Source of the DNA: Candidatus Binataceae bacterium
GTDB taxonomy: Bacteria; Desulfobacterota; Binatia; Binatales; Binataceae
Direction of reading: 5' to 3'
Assembly (NCBI GenBank): GCA_035508495.1
Contig: DATJMX010000030.1
Span: forward strand, 33,894-97,893
Length of the DNA: 64,000 nucleotides
The notes under the pieces: generated by a model
Database searches by the model: none
Seen by the model: only the letters and a program-made list of their open reading frames with translations
Told to the model about the DNA's origin: nothing
In this document: positions 1 to 9,659 of the stretch, in pieces
Position numbering within the stretch: the first letter of the stretch is position 1
How the letters are laid out: every line of letters starts with the position of its first letter
Made by a program: the position numbers and the translations under genes

Positions 1-797
1 TTCTTGCCGTCGGCGTCGGCGATGAGCAGGTTCGCCTCGGCGTGATAATTCGCGATGTACGCGAAGCGCTTATGGTCGGGCGACCAGCACGGCGTCTTGA
101 AGGGCGTGCGTCCGCTCGACAAGACCTTGACGACCCTCTGGCTGCTGGGCGTTACCGAAATCAGCGATACCTGTTCGGTGCGATCCGAGTTGAGGCCGAC
201 GGTATGTACCGCGACCTGGTCAGCGTCCGGACTCCAATCGAAATAAAGTGGCATCCCGGTCGTGACGATCCGTACCGGCGCGCCTTCCTTCACTTCCGCG
301 AGGATGAGGCTTAGCCCTTGCGGCTCGCCGAGGAGGAATGAGAGATGGCGTCCGTCGCTCAGCCAATCGACGTACACGATTCGCTGACTGCGGCTCTCGA
401 AGATCTGCGTCGCCTGATGCTTGGCGATGTCATAGACCCAGACGGCATAGGTCGAGCCGTCGGGCTTCTCATCGATTGACGAGTAGGCGATCTGTTTGCC
501 ATCGGGCGAGAACGTCGGCCATCCGTATTCGGTGTGCGATTCCTCGGGATGCTCGGCTTGGGCGAGATCGAACGCGGCGCGCAAGATGCCGGTCTCGCGC
601 TGGCGCATCACGTGAGCGCCTTCGCCTTTGCAGGTTATGCATTGCGGCTCGCCGCAGTTGCCGTCGCAATAGTAGATGTTGGAGTCGGTGCCGACGTAAA
701 CGATCGCGCCTGCGGGCGAAACGCTTGCCGCGATCGCACTGGAAATTGCGAACAAAAGCAGGGCCGTGGCGGCGGTCAGGATCGCACCAGCCGTCAT
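1..797 (-). CDS. TolB-like periplasmic beta-propeller (PD40 repeat) protein, N-terminal part; gene runs off the window start
   Basis: Minus-strand translation from ATG (complement 795-797; an upstream ATG sits at 823-825) gives a signal-peptide-like MTAGAILTAATALLLFAISSAIAA, then PD40-type repeats (WPTFSPDGKQIAYSS, TPCWSPDHKRFAYIAN). The reading frame continues to position 1, so the gene is partial and absent from the ORF track. Confidence 0.55.
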   Translation of the reverse strand, partial: MTAGAILTAATALLLFAISSAIAASVSPAGAIVYVGTDSNIYYCDGNCGEPQCITCKGEGAHVMRQRETGILRAAFDLAQAEHPEESHTEYGWPTFSPDGKQIAYSSIDEKPDGSTYAVWVYDIAKHQATQIFESRSQRIVYVDWLSDGRHLSFLLGEPQGLSLILAEVKEGAPVRIVTTGMPLYFDWSPDADQVAVHTVGLNSDRTEQVSLISVTPSSQRVVKVLSSGRTPFKTPCWSPDHKRFAYIANYHAEANLLIADADGK

Positions 798-937
798 CTT
801 CGAGCAGCGGAATCGTGATGCCATCGCAATCAGAATTGCGCGCGTGCGCCGAACAAGGCAAGAACGTATCCGATCCCTACGCCCCCGATACGTTTCGGCG
901 GTTGACTTAGTCGGCGCGGATCGGAAAGAGTGAGCTC

Positions 938-1369
938 ATGAAGCGAGCAGCGATGGTTATTGCCGCGGCGTTGTTTCTGCTGGCGCCGCAATTCGCTCAT
1001 GCGCAGAGCTTCGTCGAGGACCGGCAGCACCCTGACGACTACACCGACGAAGATTCCCAGCCGCTCGCGATTGCGAGCTACGTGCTCTATCCAATCGGAT
1101 GGGCGGTAGAGTGGGGTATCGCGCGGCCGCTGAAGTGGAGCGCCACCAAGGGTCCGCTATCGTTCATTTACAAGCCGGCGGATGCCGACGAGAACGGACC
1201 GCCGCCGCCGATCGCATACATCCCGGATAATTCGCTCACAGCCGAGAGCTCGAGCCCGATTCCCGCTCCGGTCTCCGGTGCGCCCACGGCGCGTCCGCGC
1301 TACGGCGTAGTCCAGGCTCCGGTTGAACAGCCGATAGCTCCTCCCTCGAGTCAGCCAGCACTTCATTAA
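938..1369 (+). CDS. hypothetical secreted protein (signal peptide, Pro-rich C-terminus)
   Basis: N-terminus MKRAAMVIAAALFLLAPQFAHAQ looks like a Sec signal; no recognisable domain. Confidence 0.4.
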   Translation: MKRAAMVIAAALFLLAPQFAHAQSFVEDRQHPDDYTDEDSQPLAIASYVLYPIGWAVEWGIARPLKWSATKGPLSFIYKPADADENGPPPPIAYIPDNSLTAESSSPIPAPVSGAPTARPRYGVVQAPVEQPIAPPSSQPALH

Positions 1370-1543
1370 GCCGCATCGAGCGGCAATTTTCTCTTCGATG
1401 CATCACGGCAAAATACCGCGGTGCATCGATTTGCCTTGAATCATCCACCCTTTTCCGTCATAGAATTTTCTCTAATCACATCCGTCCAATTCGATGAGGG
1501 CGATTGAAGTGGTTCGTCGCCAGATGGGAGGATTTCGGTTTAG

Positions 1544-2155
1544 ATGGCTGCTGCACCCAAACCTCAGATTCCGACCGACCCCGAAGAGCTCAAAAAGTGG
1601 CGCGAGGCCGAACAGGCTCGCGAGCGCTCCAAGCGCGACCGTGAAAAGGCCGAAATCGGCTCCCTGTGGAGCCGTCGCGACTTCCTGGGCAGGCTGGGAT
1701 GGGCGGGATTCGGCGTATTCTCGCTCGTCGGATTGCTAGCCGCGCTGCGCTCGGCGTTCCCGCGCGTGCTGTTCCTGCCGCCTTCGAAATTCAAGGCCGG
1801 TTATCCCGACGATTACGTAGTAGGCGAAGTCAGCGAGAAGTATAAGCAGGACTATCGTACCTGGATTATCCGCACCAAGGCGGGTTTCTACGCGATCTTC
1901 GCCAAGTGCACGCATCTCGGATGCACGCCGCGATGGCTCAAGGCGGAGCAGAAGTTCAAGTGCCCGTGCCACGGTTCGGGCTACTACATCAGCGGGCTGA
2001 ATTTCGAAGGCCCCGCGCCGCGCCCAATGGATCGGTTCAAGATTTACGTCGGCGACGACGGCCAACTCGTCGTGGACAAGTCAGTACTATATGAAATGGC
2101 GCCCGGCGTAGATCCCAACGTCCAGCATCCTGAGAGCATCCTGAAAATCGCCTGA
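1544..2155 (+). CDS. Rieske [2Fe-2S] iron-sulfur protein with twin-arginine-like leader
   Basis: Rieske boxes CTHLGC and CPCHGS about 17 aa apart; RRDFLGRLGWAG Tat-like motif; RBS GGGAGG upstream. Confidence 0.8.
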   Translation: MAAAPKPQIPTDPEELKKWREAEQARERSKRDREKAEIGSLWSRRDFLGRLGWAGFGVFSLVGLLAALRSAFPRVLFLPPSKFKAGYPDDYVVGEVSEKYKQDYRTWIIRTKAGFYAIFAKCTHLGCTPRWLKAEQKFKCPCHGSGYYISGLNFEGPAPRPMDRFKIYVGDDGQLVVDKSVLYEMAPGVDPNVQHPESILKIA

Positions 2156-2164
2156 GGCGGGCAA

Positions 2165-2255
2165 AGATCAGAAGCAGAAAAAGATCACCACGAAGACACT
2201 AAGAACCCAAAGCAATAGAATTTCTACGAGGCGGCGCTGCGCCGCCTCGCTTCGC
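2165..2255. repeat. dispersed repeat family D copy (GC hairpin AGGCGGCGCTGCGCCGCCTCGCTTCG with CACGAAGACACTAAG flank), between convergent gene ends
   Basis: Related copies at about 3352-3452, 6334-6490 and 60353-60470 share ACCA(A/C)AGGCACGAAGACACTAAG, the hairpin GAAGCGGCGCAGCGCCGCTTCG, and an inverted flank. Confidence 0.6.
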
Positions 2256-2290
2256 GCCTCAGCGATCCAATTCTTCCGCCTGCCCGCCGA

Positions 2291-3301
2291 TCATTGACGA
2301 CGCGGAGCCTCGGCCGGCGTTATTTCAAGGCTCACCTTCTCAGTACCGCGAATCAGCGTGATCGGAATCTTTGCGCCGATCTTCTCCGCCGTCAGCACAC
2401 GCTGCAGGTCGTCGATTCCCGCGATTGCGGTGCCGTCGAACTCGACCATCACGTCGCCTTCATGGATTCCGGCTTGCTGCGCGGGGCTGTTGGCTTCGAC
2501 GCCCGCGATTCGCACGGCGCTGTCCTTGGCGAAACGATAGAAGCGCACCATCCGGCGCGGCAGCACGACGTTGTGGCCCGCGATTCCGATATAGCCGCGG
2601 CTGATCTTGCCGTCCTTGATCAGATGGCCCGCGACGAGCTTCGCCGTGTTGATCGCGATCGCAAAGCAGATTCCCTGCGCCGGCAGGATGATCGCCGTGT
2701 TGACGCCGATCACGTCGCCGCGCGAGTTCACGAGCGGACCGCCGGAGTTGCCGGGGTTCAGCGCCGCGTCGGTTTGTATCACGTTGTCAACCAGCCGCCC
2801 GCTGTTCGTGCGCAGCGATCGTCCAAGTGCGCTCACGACACCTGCGGTCACCGTGTACTGGAAGCCGTACGGATTGCCGATCGCGATCGCAAGCTGGCCC
2901 ACGCGAATCGCCTGCGAATCGCCAAGCAACGCCGCCGAGAGACCCGGCGCACCGATCCTGATTACGGCGAGGTCCGTATCGGGATCGTCGCCCACTGGCT
3001 CGGCCGTCACGCGCCGCCCATCTGCGAGCGTCACGTTGATTCGCGTCGCGCCGTGCACGACGTGACTATTTGTCAGAATGTATCCATCGGGAGTGAACAC
3101 AAAACCCGATCCACTACCGCCATTTGCATCCTGACCGTGGCGCACCTCGATATATACGACCGCGGGGCTGACCGCATCGGCCGCGCCTGTGACTGCGTGC
3201 GAGTAAGCGTCGAGTAAAAGAGCTTCGCGATCATCGGAAATCGATGTCCGCGCCGCCGTGTTGAAATCATTGTTCGAAACGAGACGAATGCTTCGAGGCA
3301 T
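2291..3301 (-). CDS. HtrA/DegP-family trypsin-like serine protease with C-terminal PDZ domain
   Basis: GNSGGPLVNSRGDVIGVNTAI catalytic-serine motif with His and Asp blocks and a PDZ-like C-terminus. Start placed at the internal Met (MPRSIRL...) because the longer ORF to 3388 runs into a family D repeat. Confidence 0.75.
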   Translation of the reverse strand: MPRSIRLVSNNDFNTAARTSISDDREALLLDAYSHAVTGAADAVSPAVVYIEVRHGQDANGGSGSGFVFTPDGYILTNSHVVHGATRINVTLADGRRVTAEPVGDDPDTDLAVIRIGAPGLSAALLGDSQAIRVGQLAIAIGNPYGFQYTVTAGVVSALGRSLRTNSGRLVDNVIQTDAALNPGNSGGPLVNSRGDVIGVNTAIILPAQGICFAIAINTAKLVAGHLIKDGKISRGYIGIAGHNVVLPRRMVRFYRFAKDSAVRIAGVEANSPAQQAGIHEGDVMVEFDGTAIAGIDDLQRVLTAEKIGAKIPITLIRGTEKVSLEITPAEAPRRQ

Positions 3302-3351
3302 CTGACCTACACCACTCCTTGCTAACGAATGTAACCACGATCCGCGGACTG

Positions 3352-3452
3352 GAAAGCAGAAGGGAAAAAGATCGCCACAAAGGCACAAAGGACACTAAGG
3401 AAGATCCGCCGAAGCGGCGTCGCGCCGCTTCGCTTAGTGCCCTGGTGCCTAA
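3352..3452. repeat. dispersed repeat family D copy
   Basis: CACAAAGGCACAAAGGACACTAAGG ... GAAGCGGCGTCGCGCCGCTTCG ... CTTAGTGCCCTGGTGCCTAAG, an inverted-repeat architecture around a GC hairpin. Confidence 0.6.
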
Positions 3453-3627
3453 GAGCTTTTCACGGTTTGCCCGCTGAAGGCCTGCATTTTCCGAAAATGC
3501 TTGTCCAGGACAAGTATAAATAGTCGCCGCTTGGCGCGTTTTTCTGATTGGTTCGGCCAGAGAAGCTAGAATTAGATGACGGAAGGAAATCGCAACCGAA
3601 CGCGAATCGAGCAGGGGGCAGAGGGCG

Positions 3628-4380
3628 ATGAATGTAGAAGGGGCGGAGCGTGAAGAAGAGCTGATTCAATCACGTGTGCGTGCAGTCGTTCGCTCGAAGC
3701 ATTACGCGTACGAGAAAATCTGGTTCAATCCAGGCTACGTCTACCGGATTCAGGAACTCGAACGCGCGATACTGGCGGCACTCGGACGAACCGGCCATGC
3801 AAATATGGAAACTCTAACCGCACTCGATATCGGTTGCGGCAGCGGAGACTGGACGCGGCAACTGATAAATTGGGGCGCACAGCCTCAGAATCTATGCGGA
3901 GTCGACCTTGTCAAGGAGCGCGTCGACGCAGCGCGCCGGCTCTGCGCCCCGGGCGTGAGAATCGATTGCGGCAGCGCTCTGCAACTGCGCCATCCCGATC
4001 GCAGCTTCGATGTCGTGATATTGTTTTCGGTCTTCTGCATGATCCTCAATGACGACGTATGCCGCGGAATCGCGCGCGAGGCCATGCGCGTGCTCAAGCA
4101 TAACGGCGTGATTCTCTGGTGTGACTATCGGTATCACCCGCCAGGCGAGAAAGACGCCCGCGGGGTGAACCTGCGCCAGCTCCGGCAGTTCTTTCCCGGT
4201 GCCCGGATAACCGCCCGTCCGATTCATCCTCTGCCGCCGTTGCTGCGCAGGATCGGCCCATATGCGCCATTCATGTGCGGCATCGTCGGCCTCGTCCCGT
4301 TCGCCCGCACGCACTACTTTGCCACCATTGAGCACGCGGTGAGAGCAAAAGAGGTCGCCTTGTCTGAACTTGAGGGGTAG
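3628..4380 (+). CDS. class I SAM-dependent methyltransferase
   Basis: Motif I LDIGCGSGDWT, a later VVILFSVF acidic-loop region, and RVLKHNGVIL. Confidence 0.7.
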   Translation: MNVEGAEREEELIQSRVRAVVRSKHYAYEKIWFNPGYVYRIQELERAILAALGRTGHANMETLTALDIGCGSGDWTRQLINWGAQPQNLCGVDLVKERVDAARRLCAPGVRIDCGSALQLRHPDRSFDVVILFSVFCMILNDDVCRGIAREAMRVLKHNGVILWCDYRYHPPGEKDARGVNLRQLRQFFPGARITARPIHPLPPLLRRIGPYAPFMCGIVGLVPFARTHYFATIEHAVRAKEVALSELEG

Positions 4381-4440
4381 GCTAAGCACGTTCGCAGGGC
4401 GCGATTGGCATGCAGATGCGCCCGCAGGAGAGCAGCGGCT

Positions 4441-4653
4441 ATGGTGGAAAAGACGCTCGAGCTTACCGGAATCTCGGCCAACTCGGTTGAAGATGCCGTT
4501 CAGCTCGCGGTGACGCGCGCCGGGGTGACGATTTCAGGCATCCACAGCGTGCACGTCGAGGACATCGCGGCGGCTGTGGAAAACAACAAGGTCGTGCGCT
4601 GGAAGGTCAGAATCAAGGCCACCTTCCTGGTCAAGGACGAGTTGCACGAGTGA
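4441..4653 (+). CDS. dodecin-family flavin-binding protein
   Basis: About 70 aa: MVEKTLELTGISANSVEDAVQLAVTRAG...VRWKVRIKATFLVKDE, matching the dodecin pattern (VxExxGxSxxSxEDA...V.V...F). Confidence 0.6.
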   Translation: MVEKTLELTGISANSVEDAVQLAVTRAGVTISGIHSVHVEDIAAAVENNKVVRWKVRIKATFLVKDELHE

Positions 4654-4765
4654 GCGCGCCGCACCGCGCGTCACGCTACTTCCGCCTGCTCGCGGCTTAA
4701 GGCCGCGATCGATGCGGAGCGCGAGGATCTTTGGGTCCAGCGAAACCGAATCGGAGTGTTGAGCG

Positions 4766-5764
4766 ATGGCGTCCAAAGTCGTTGAGGTTCACCCGGGAAT
4801 CTACGAAATCTTCCTGCCGCTGCCGATGCGGCCCACGATCATCAACGTCTACCTGGTCGATTGTCACGGCGGGTGGGCGCTTGTTGACACGGGGATGAAT
4901 TCGCCCGAAAGCGTGGCGACGCTCGAAGAGGCGTTCGACCAGGTCGGGATGAAGGCCGAGGATCTCACGGTGATCATCGGCACGCATCATCACATTGATC
5001 ACTTCGGCGCATCCGGCGAGCTGCGGCGCAGGAGCCGCGCGATTGTGCATCTGCACGCGCTTGAGGCGGAGCGTGCAAACCGCATGATTGCGTTCGGCTC
5101 AATGGGTGGGCACGCCGAGCGGCCCGAATCGCGCGCGTTCTTTACGAGCCACGGCTTTCCGATCGAGCAGTTCAATCCGACCGGGATGCGCCCGGCGTGG
5201 ATGGGCACCTCGATGTACGATCCCGTCGTGACGCCGGATCGTTTCATAGGCGACGGCGATGTGATCAAGGTCGGCGATCGCGAGTTCGAAGTGATCTGGA
5301 CACCGGGTCATTCACCTGGTCACAACGTGATCTATCTGCGGCGCGAGAAAGTGATGATCGTAGGTGATCATCTGCTACCCAAGATAACTCCTCACGTCGG
5401 AATCTACCCTGATAGCAGCGGGATGAATCCGCTTGGCGATTTCATCAACTCGCAAAAGAAAGTGCAGAAATTCGATGTCGAGCTGGTGCTACCTGCCCAT
5501 GGTGGCGTCTACCATGACCATCGGCATCGCGCGAATCAGCTCATCGAGCATCATCGCTATCGCGAAGAGGAGATGCTCGATCTGACGCGCAAAAAACCTC
5601 AAACAGCTTTTGAAGTCGCGCATCAGATTTTTGGCGAGGAGCGCCCGATCTTCCATGTAATGGCGGCGACGTTCGAGACGTTGGCCCATCTGGAACTTGC
5701 CTATTTGGAAGGCCGTGCTAAAAAAATGGAACATGAGGCGCGAATTGTTTATCAGGCCTTATGA
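4766..5764 (+). CDS. MBL-fold metallo-hydrolase
   Basis: THHHIDHFG (HxHxDH) zinc-binding motif, then GHSPGH. Confidence 0.8.
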   Translation: MASKVVEVHPGIYEIFLPLPMRPTIINVYLVDCHGGWALVDTGMNSPESVATLEEAFDQVGMKAEDLTVIIGTHHHIDHFGASGELRRRSRAIVHLHALEAERANRMIAFGSMGGHAERPESRAFFTSHGFPIEQFNPTGMRPAWMGTSMYDPVVTPDRFIGDGDVIKVGDREFEVIWTPGHSPGHNVIYLRREKVMIVGDHLLPKITPHVGIYPDSSGMNPLGDFINSQKKVQKFDVELVLPAHGGVYHDHRHRANQLIEHHRYREEEMLDLTRKKPQTAFEVAHQIFGEERPIFHVMAATFETLAHLELAYLEGRAKKMEHEARIVYQAL

Positions 5765-5896
5765 ACAACCCTTGGATTATGCCGAGATTACAGGGGGTTT
5801 GCTAATTCTTTGAATCGGTGTATTTTGGCGCTGCTTTGACCTGCGCGGCGGTGACTTGTTAGATAGCGGAGGGGTCCAAGACTGAAGGAGGATGCC

Positions 5897-6274
5897 ATGA
5901 AACGCACAATAGGATTTGCGCTGGCCACAGGGCTGGCATTGCTGGTTGCCGGATGCGCCAGTCAGGGGGGAGGCGCAAGCAGCGGGGCAGCAGGCGGAGG
6001 GATGGCTGAGGCTCAGCCCGCCGCGGCCAGAAATTTCAATCTCGCGGTCAAGTGTCCGGGAGTTCACTATCTGAAGAAGAAGGGCTGGACCGATCAGCAG
6101 ATCATGGAGCAGGAGTCGCTGACCGAAGCGTCCGACATCCCTGCTTGCGAGGACTGGGTAGCGCATCAGCCCAAGGGCTACGTGCCTGCCGCACCTCCGG
6201 GATCGACTGCGGCGGCGGCTGTCAAGGCGTCTAACGCGCCTGGACCCAATGCTGCGCCGTCACCTGCGCAATAA
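5897..6274 (+). CDS. hypothetical lipoprotein
   Basis: MKRTIGFALATGLALLVAGCASQ: signal peptide plus lipobox LVAGC. Confidence 0.5.
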   Translation: MKRTIGFALATGLALLVAGCASQGGGASSGAAGGGMAEAQPAAARNFNLAVKCPGVHYLKKKGWTDQQIMEQESLTEASDIPACEDWVAHQPKGYVPAAPPGSTAAAAVKASNAPGPNAAPSPAQ

Positions 6275-6333
6275 GGTTCTGATCGAACAATCGGTCGCGC
6301 ACATCGCGTGACCGGCGCCGGCTCGGGGGAAAA

Positions 6334-6490
6334 CGAAGCGGCGCAGCGCTCATGGAAGCGCCGCGCCGCTTTTGTTCATTTGTGGCGAGCACAAAAGACT
6401 CACCGCAAAGACCCGAGGGCACAAAGCCAAGGGATCTTACTTCCCTTGGTGGCTTGGTGGTTGTCTGATTTTCTGCGGCGAAGCTTCGAC
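6334..6490. repeat. dispersed repeat family D-related copy (rearranged)
   Basis: ACGAAGCGGCGCAGCGC...GCGCCGCGCCGCTTT hairpin, then GGCACAAAGCCAAGGGATC and a second hairpin CCAAGGGATCTTACTTCCCTTGG. Confidence 0.45.
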
Positions 6491-6572
6491 GATCGCGACG
6501 GTCGTACCAGCGAAAAAGAAGCGCGGCGCCCAATGAGCGCCGCGCCTTCCTTACTTCTACGTAGATGCGAGC

Positions 6573-7007
6573 TTAGTTTGCGCGCGCGGCGCGCTTCGCT
6601 TCGCGATGCGCCGGGGCGCTGATACGCCCACTGCGGACCACCGGTGAACGGCGCGCGAGACGGCGCGTCGACACGCCGGCCAGCTGCTGGCTGCGCCATT
6701 CGCGCAGACCCTTGCGCAGGAACCCAGGCTCGATGCCGAGCGTTTCGCAAACCACCTCGAACGAGAACGGGCCTTCGCCGCCCTCGCCGCACAGCCACTG
6801 CTCGGCCTCATTGAACAGGCGCTTGCGGGCGCCAGTCTTCGCGTCGGCGTTATTCTGGAAGCATCGCAGCGCGTCCTCGAGAATCGCCATCATCAGCTTT
6901 TTGACGGGGCGGATCGAGCTATCGTCGCGCCGGCTGTCATAGAACTGCTCGGGCGTCAGAACGTCCGGAACAAAGAGATTCCCCAATGCGCTGTTTTCCC
7001 ATTCCAT
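6573..7007 (-). CDS. hypothetical protein with basic C-terminal tail
   Basis: Start placed at MEWENSALGNL (ATG complement 7005-7007, GGAAGG RBS). No recognisable domain. Its upstream region 7008-7377 is AT-richer and carries palindromes. Confidence 0.4.
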   Translation of the reverse strand: MEWENSALGNLFVPDVLTPEQFYDSRRDDSSIRPVKKLMMAILEDALRCFQNNADAKTGARKRLFNEAEQWLCGEGGEGPFSFEVVCETLGIEPGFLRKGLREWRSQQLAGVSTRRLARRSPVVRSGRISAPAHREAKRAARAN

Positions 7008-7197
7008 TGTCGTGTGCCTTCCCACTGACCCGGCTGTTAATCGAAGTGCTGCTCTCATGAGCCGCCGGGTTCTGAACTTAGACGCCAGTAGCTCAAGCAA
7101 TATTCATACCGCTGCCCAATTCAGCACCATCGAGCACGCGCAATCGAATGATCACATCAATCAAACACAAAATTAGTTCCGCTTTTCAGTGCGAATC

Positions 7198-7241
7198 GCG
7201 GAAATCATTAGGATTTCGCAAACGTATACGCAATTTGCGAA
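7198..7241. promoter_or_regulatory. two adjacent palindromes (GGAAATCATTAGGATTTCG and TTCGCAAACGTATACGCAATTTGCGAA), candidate operator upstream of the 6573-7007 gene
   Basis: Inverted arms GAAATC/GATTTC and TTCGCAAA/TTTGCGAA seen directly in an AT-rich promoter region. Confidence 0.3.
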
Positions 7242-7377
7242 GGTACTTCGGCGTCTCTAATCGTAACGGATCTGAGGCGATGTTGCCTCAGGTGCGGTCC
7301 ACATTTCGACGCGGTGTCACCCGATTGACGCCATCGCATCGATTGGGATGCATGCAATCGGCTTCGATGCCGCCTGG

Positions 7378-8031
7378 CTACTGCACCGTATCCGACCCGG
7401 GACCAGAGGATCCGCCCCGGCGGCGCTCTTCAAGCCGGAACGTCAAAACATCGATCAGGCAGTCGGCGCGGTTGCGTGTAGCTTCGAGCAGTGTCTGCTT
7501 TTCGATCGGGGTCACGTCGAGATGGAAGCACAGGAAGTTCACAAGGTCCGCGCCGCGCAGCCGCCGCTCCTCGACCATGGTCTTCCACGCTTCCAGCGCT
7601 GGCTCGCCGAGATAGCTGAACAGCACCTCGCGCAGACCCTCGATCGTCTCGTCGTCACATTCGCGTTCGGCTGGTGTTGCCGAATTCCACTCGATCTCGG
7701 CTTGGCGATACGAACGTTCGCGAATCTCGCGCCGCAAGCGGAACTCATCGATACCGTCGAGCACGATGTTATAGCGGCCGTCGGGTAGCTTGACGAGGTC
7801 GCTGATCTTGCCGGCGCATCCGACTTCGAAGATGTCAGGTTGGCCGTAGTACTGCTCCTGCCAGTCGCCCTTGAGTAGCGCCATCCCGATGATCCCGTGC
7901 GACGCCGACACTTCGGCTACCATCTCGCGATAGCGCGGCTCAAAGATTCGCAATGGAACGCTGACTCCCGGAAAGAGAACCAGGTTCGGTAACGGGAAGA
8001 GCGGGATTATGGACGGTAACTCTGTCGGCAT
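7378..8031 (-). CDS. LON N-terminal (substrate-binding) domain-containing protein
   Basis: PLFPLPNLVLFPGVSVPLRIFEPRYREMV is the classic Lon N-domain signature; no AAA or protease domains follow. Confidence 0.7.
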   Translation of the reverse strand: MPTELPSIIPLFPLPNLVLFPGVSVPLRIFEPRYREMVAEVSASHGIIGMALLKGDWQEQYYGQPDIFEVGCAGKISDLVKLPDGRYNIVLDGIDEFRLRREIRERSYRQAEIEWNSATPAERECDDETIEGLREVLFSYLGEPALEAWKTMVEERRLRGADLVNFLCFHLDVTPIEKQTLLEATRNRADCLIDVLTFRLEERRRGGSSGPGSDTVQ

Positions 8032-8180
8032 CGCCGCCTCGGCCCAGCCTAGGACCGTTGCAGTGGACCGGTCAAGATTGACTCTACCCGTATTCGCTTC
8101 GCCAAGTGGATTCGCTAGTCACGCGCGCATATAAGGCGATCAGACGTTAGCCTGCCGAGCACAGGCAGCCGGAGACAGCA

Positions 8181-9356
8181 ATGAATCAATCCGCGCGTCA
8201 ACTTGCAGACTGTATCGATCGCGTTCGACAGCTTGGCCCGACCATCACGGGACACGCCGCCGAGTCCGAGCGGCTCGGCCAACTCGCGCCAGCAATCGTC
8301 GACGCGTTTCACGATTCGCGCTTGTTCCGCGCTCTCTTACCGAAAGAACTGCACGGCTTCGGGCTGACGATTCCCGAGCAGAACGAAGTGATTGAGGAGG
8401 TCGCGAGCTTCGACGGCGCCGCCGGATGGAACTTCGCGATAGGCTCGGGCGGCCCTGCGATTGCAGGCTTCGTCGCGCGCGATGCATTCGAGGAAATCTT
8501 CTCCGACCCGCGCGCACTCGTCGCCGGATCGTTCAGCCCGATGGGCAATACCGCCGTGCGATGCGACGGCGGCCATCGCTTCACCGGCAAGTCCACCTTC
8601 GCCAGCGGCTCGGCCCAGGCGACCTGGCTCACGGCCAACGGCGTCGAGCTCATCGACGGCGCACCGCAAATCCAAAACGGCATTCCGCGCTTCAAGGCCG
8701 GGATGATGCCGATCAAGCAAGCGAAGATTCTCGACACCTGGTCAGTCTCCGGACTCTGCGGCACCGGCAGCAATGACGTGGTTTTCGAAAACGTCTTCAT
8801 TCCTGAAAAGTTCACCTTTGATTTTCCCAACGCCAAGCCCACCTGGCAGAAGGGCGCGCTCGCACAGATTCCCCTGATGGTGCAACTCGGCGGCGCGCTC
8901 GCGTCGGTATCATTAGGGATCGCGCGTCACGCGATCGAAGCGCTCAAGGAACTCGCGATCTCCAAGGTCCCCCTCGGCACGTTCGCCTCGCTGCGCGAGC
9001 GTCCCGTCGCGCAGCTTCAGTTAGGCGAGGCCGAAGGCACGCTGCAGGCGGCGCGCGCGTATCTGCATCAGAGCGTCAACGAGGTCTGGCGCAAAGGCGA
9101 AGCCGGCGAGCCGTTCGATCTGCCCACGCTCGCAGCCGCGCGCCTTGCGACGGTGACTGCGGGCAAGCTAGCCGCCCGCGCCGTTGACCTCATCTACGAC
9201 GCCGCCGGAATCAGCGCGATGCAGACCGCGCTGCCGATCGAGCGATGCTGGCGCGACGTACATGCAGTCACCCAGCACGTAACGATGAACACCGCCCGCT
9301 ACGAAGTAGTCGGCCGCATCCTGTTCGGCCTGCCGCCAACGACGCCGTTGGTTTAA
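8181..9356 (+). CDS. acyl-CoA dehydrogenase-fold flavoprotein (group D flavin-dependent monooxygenase-like)
   Basis: About 390 aa with an ACAD-like domain layout. It sits next to the aromatic catabolic genes. Confidence 0.55.
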   Translation: MNQSARQLADCIDRVRQLGPTITGHAAESERLGQLAPAIVDAFHDSRLFRALLPKELHGFGLTIPEQNEVIEEVASFDGAAGWNFAIGSGGPAIAGFVARDAFEEIFSDPRALVAGSFSPMGNTAVRCDGGHRFTGKSTFASGSAQATWLTANGVELIDGAPQIQNGIPRFKAGMMPIKQAKILDTWSVSGLCGTGSNDVVFENVFIPEKFTFDFPNAKPTWQKGALAQIPLMVQLGGALASVSLGIARHAIEALKELAISKVPLGTFASLRERPVAQLQLGEAEGTLQAARAYLHQSVNEVWRKGEAGEPFDLPTLAAARLATVTAGKLAARAVDLIYDAAGISAMQTALPIERCWRDVHAVTQHVTMNTARYEVVGRILFGLPPTTPLV

Positions 9357-9516
9357 GCGACACGCCCTGGAATGTGGCGTGAGCCGCGCGGCTACGTGTC
9401 CAACTGCGGGCAGGGACGCCCATAGGGACGCGCACCCCACAGATTCTTAGAGGCATATTGCGCCCGTTCATCAACAGTCACCGCCCAGCGACCATTCGTC
9501 ATGATCGAAAAATTCC

Positions 9517-9592
9517 GTCATCCCCAGCGAAGTCGAGGGATCTTGGAGGCCCCCAAAGGGGCCGGTGCCAAACATCGCGCGCAGCGCTTTCG
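9517..9592. repeat. dispersed repeat family C copy (GTCATCCCCAGCGAAGTCGAGGGATCTTGGAGGCCCCCAAAGGGGCCGGTGCCAAACATCGCGCGCAGCGCTTTCG)
   Basis: Near-identical units at 27101-27178 and 56821-56905, and a partial one at 28998-29013. It creates the spurious N-terminal extension of ORF 9501. Confidence 0.7.
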
Positions 9593-9659
9593 TTTGTTGC
9601 CTGTGAACCCCGCCGCAACATCCTGCCGCCCATCCCACATTCTGGTAAGGTCACGATCG

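Noticed and set aside
338-910. 190-aa Arg-rich ORF on the plus strand (and ORFs 469-861 minus, 534-818 plus)
   Set aside because: They overlap the convincing minus-strand TolB-like gene. Arg/Ala-rich composition is typical of out-of-frame translation of GC-rich coding DNA.
3440-3627. Possible sigma70 promoter (TTGTCC ... TATAAAT) upstream of the methyltransferase
   Set aside because: Spacing between the hexamers is only about 8 nt, so it is not a credible -35/-10 pair.
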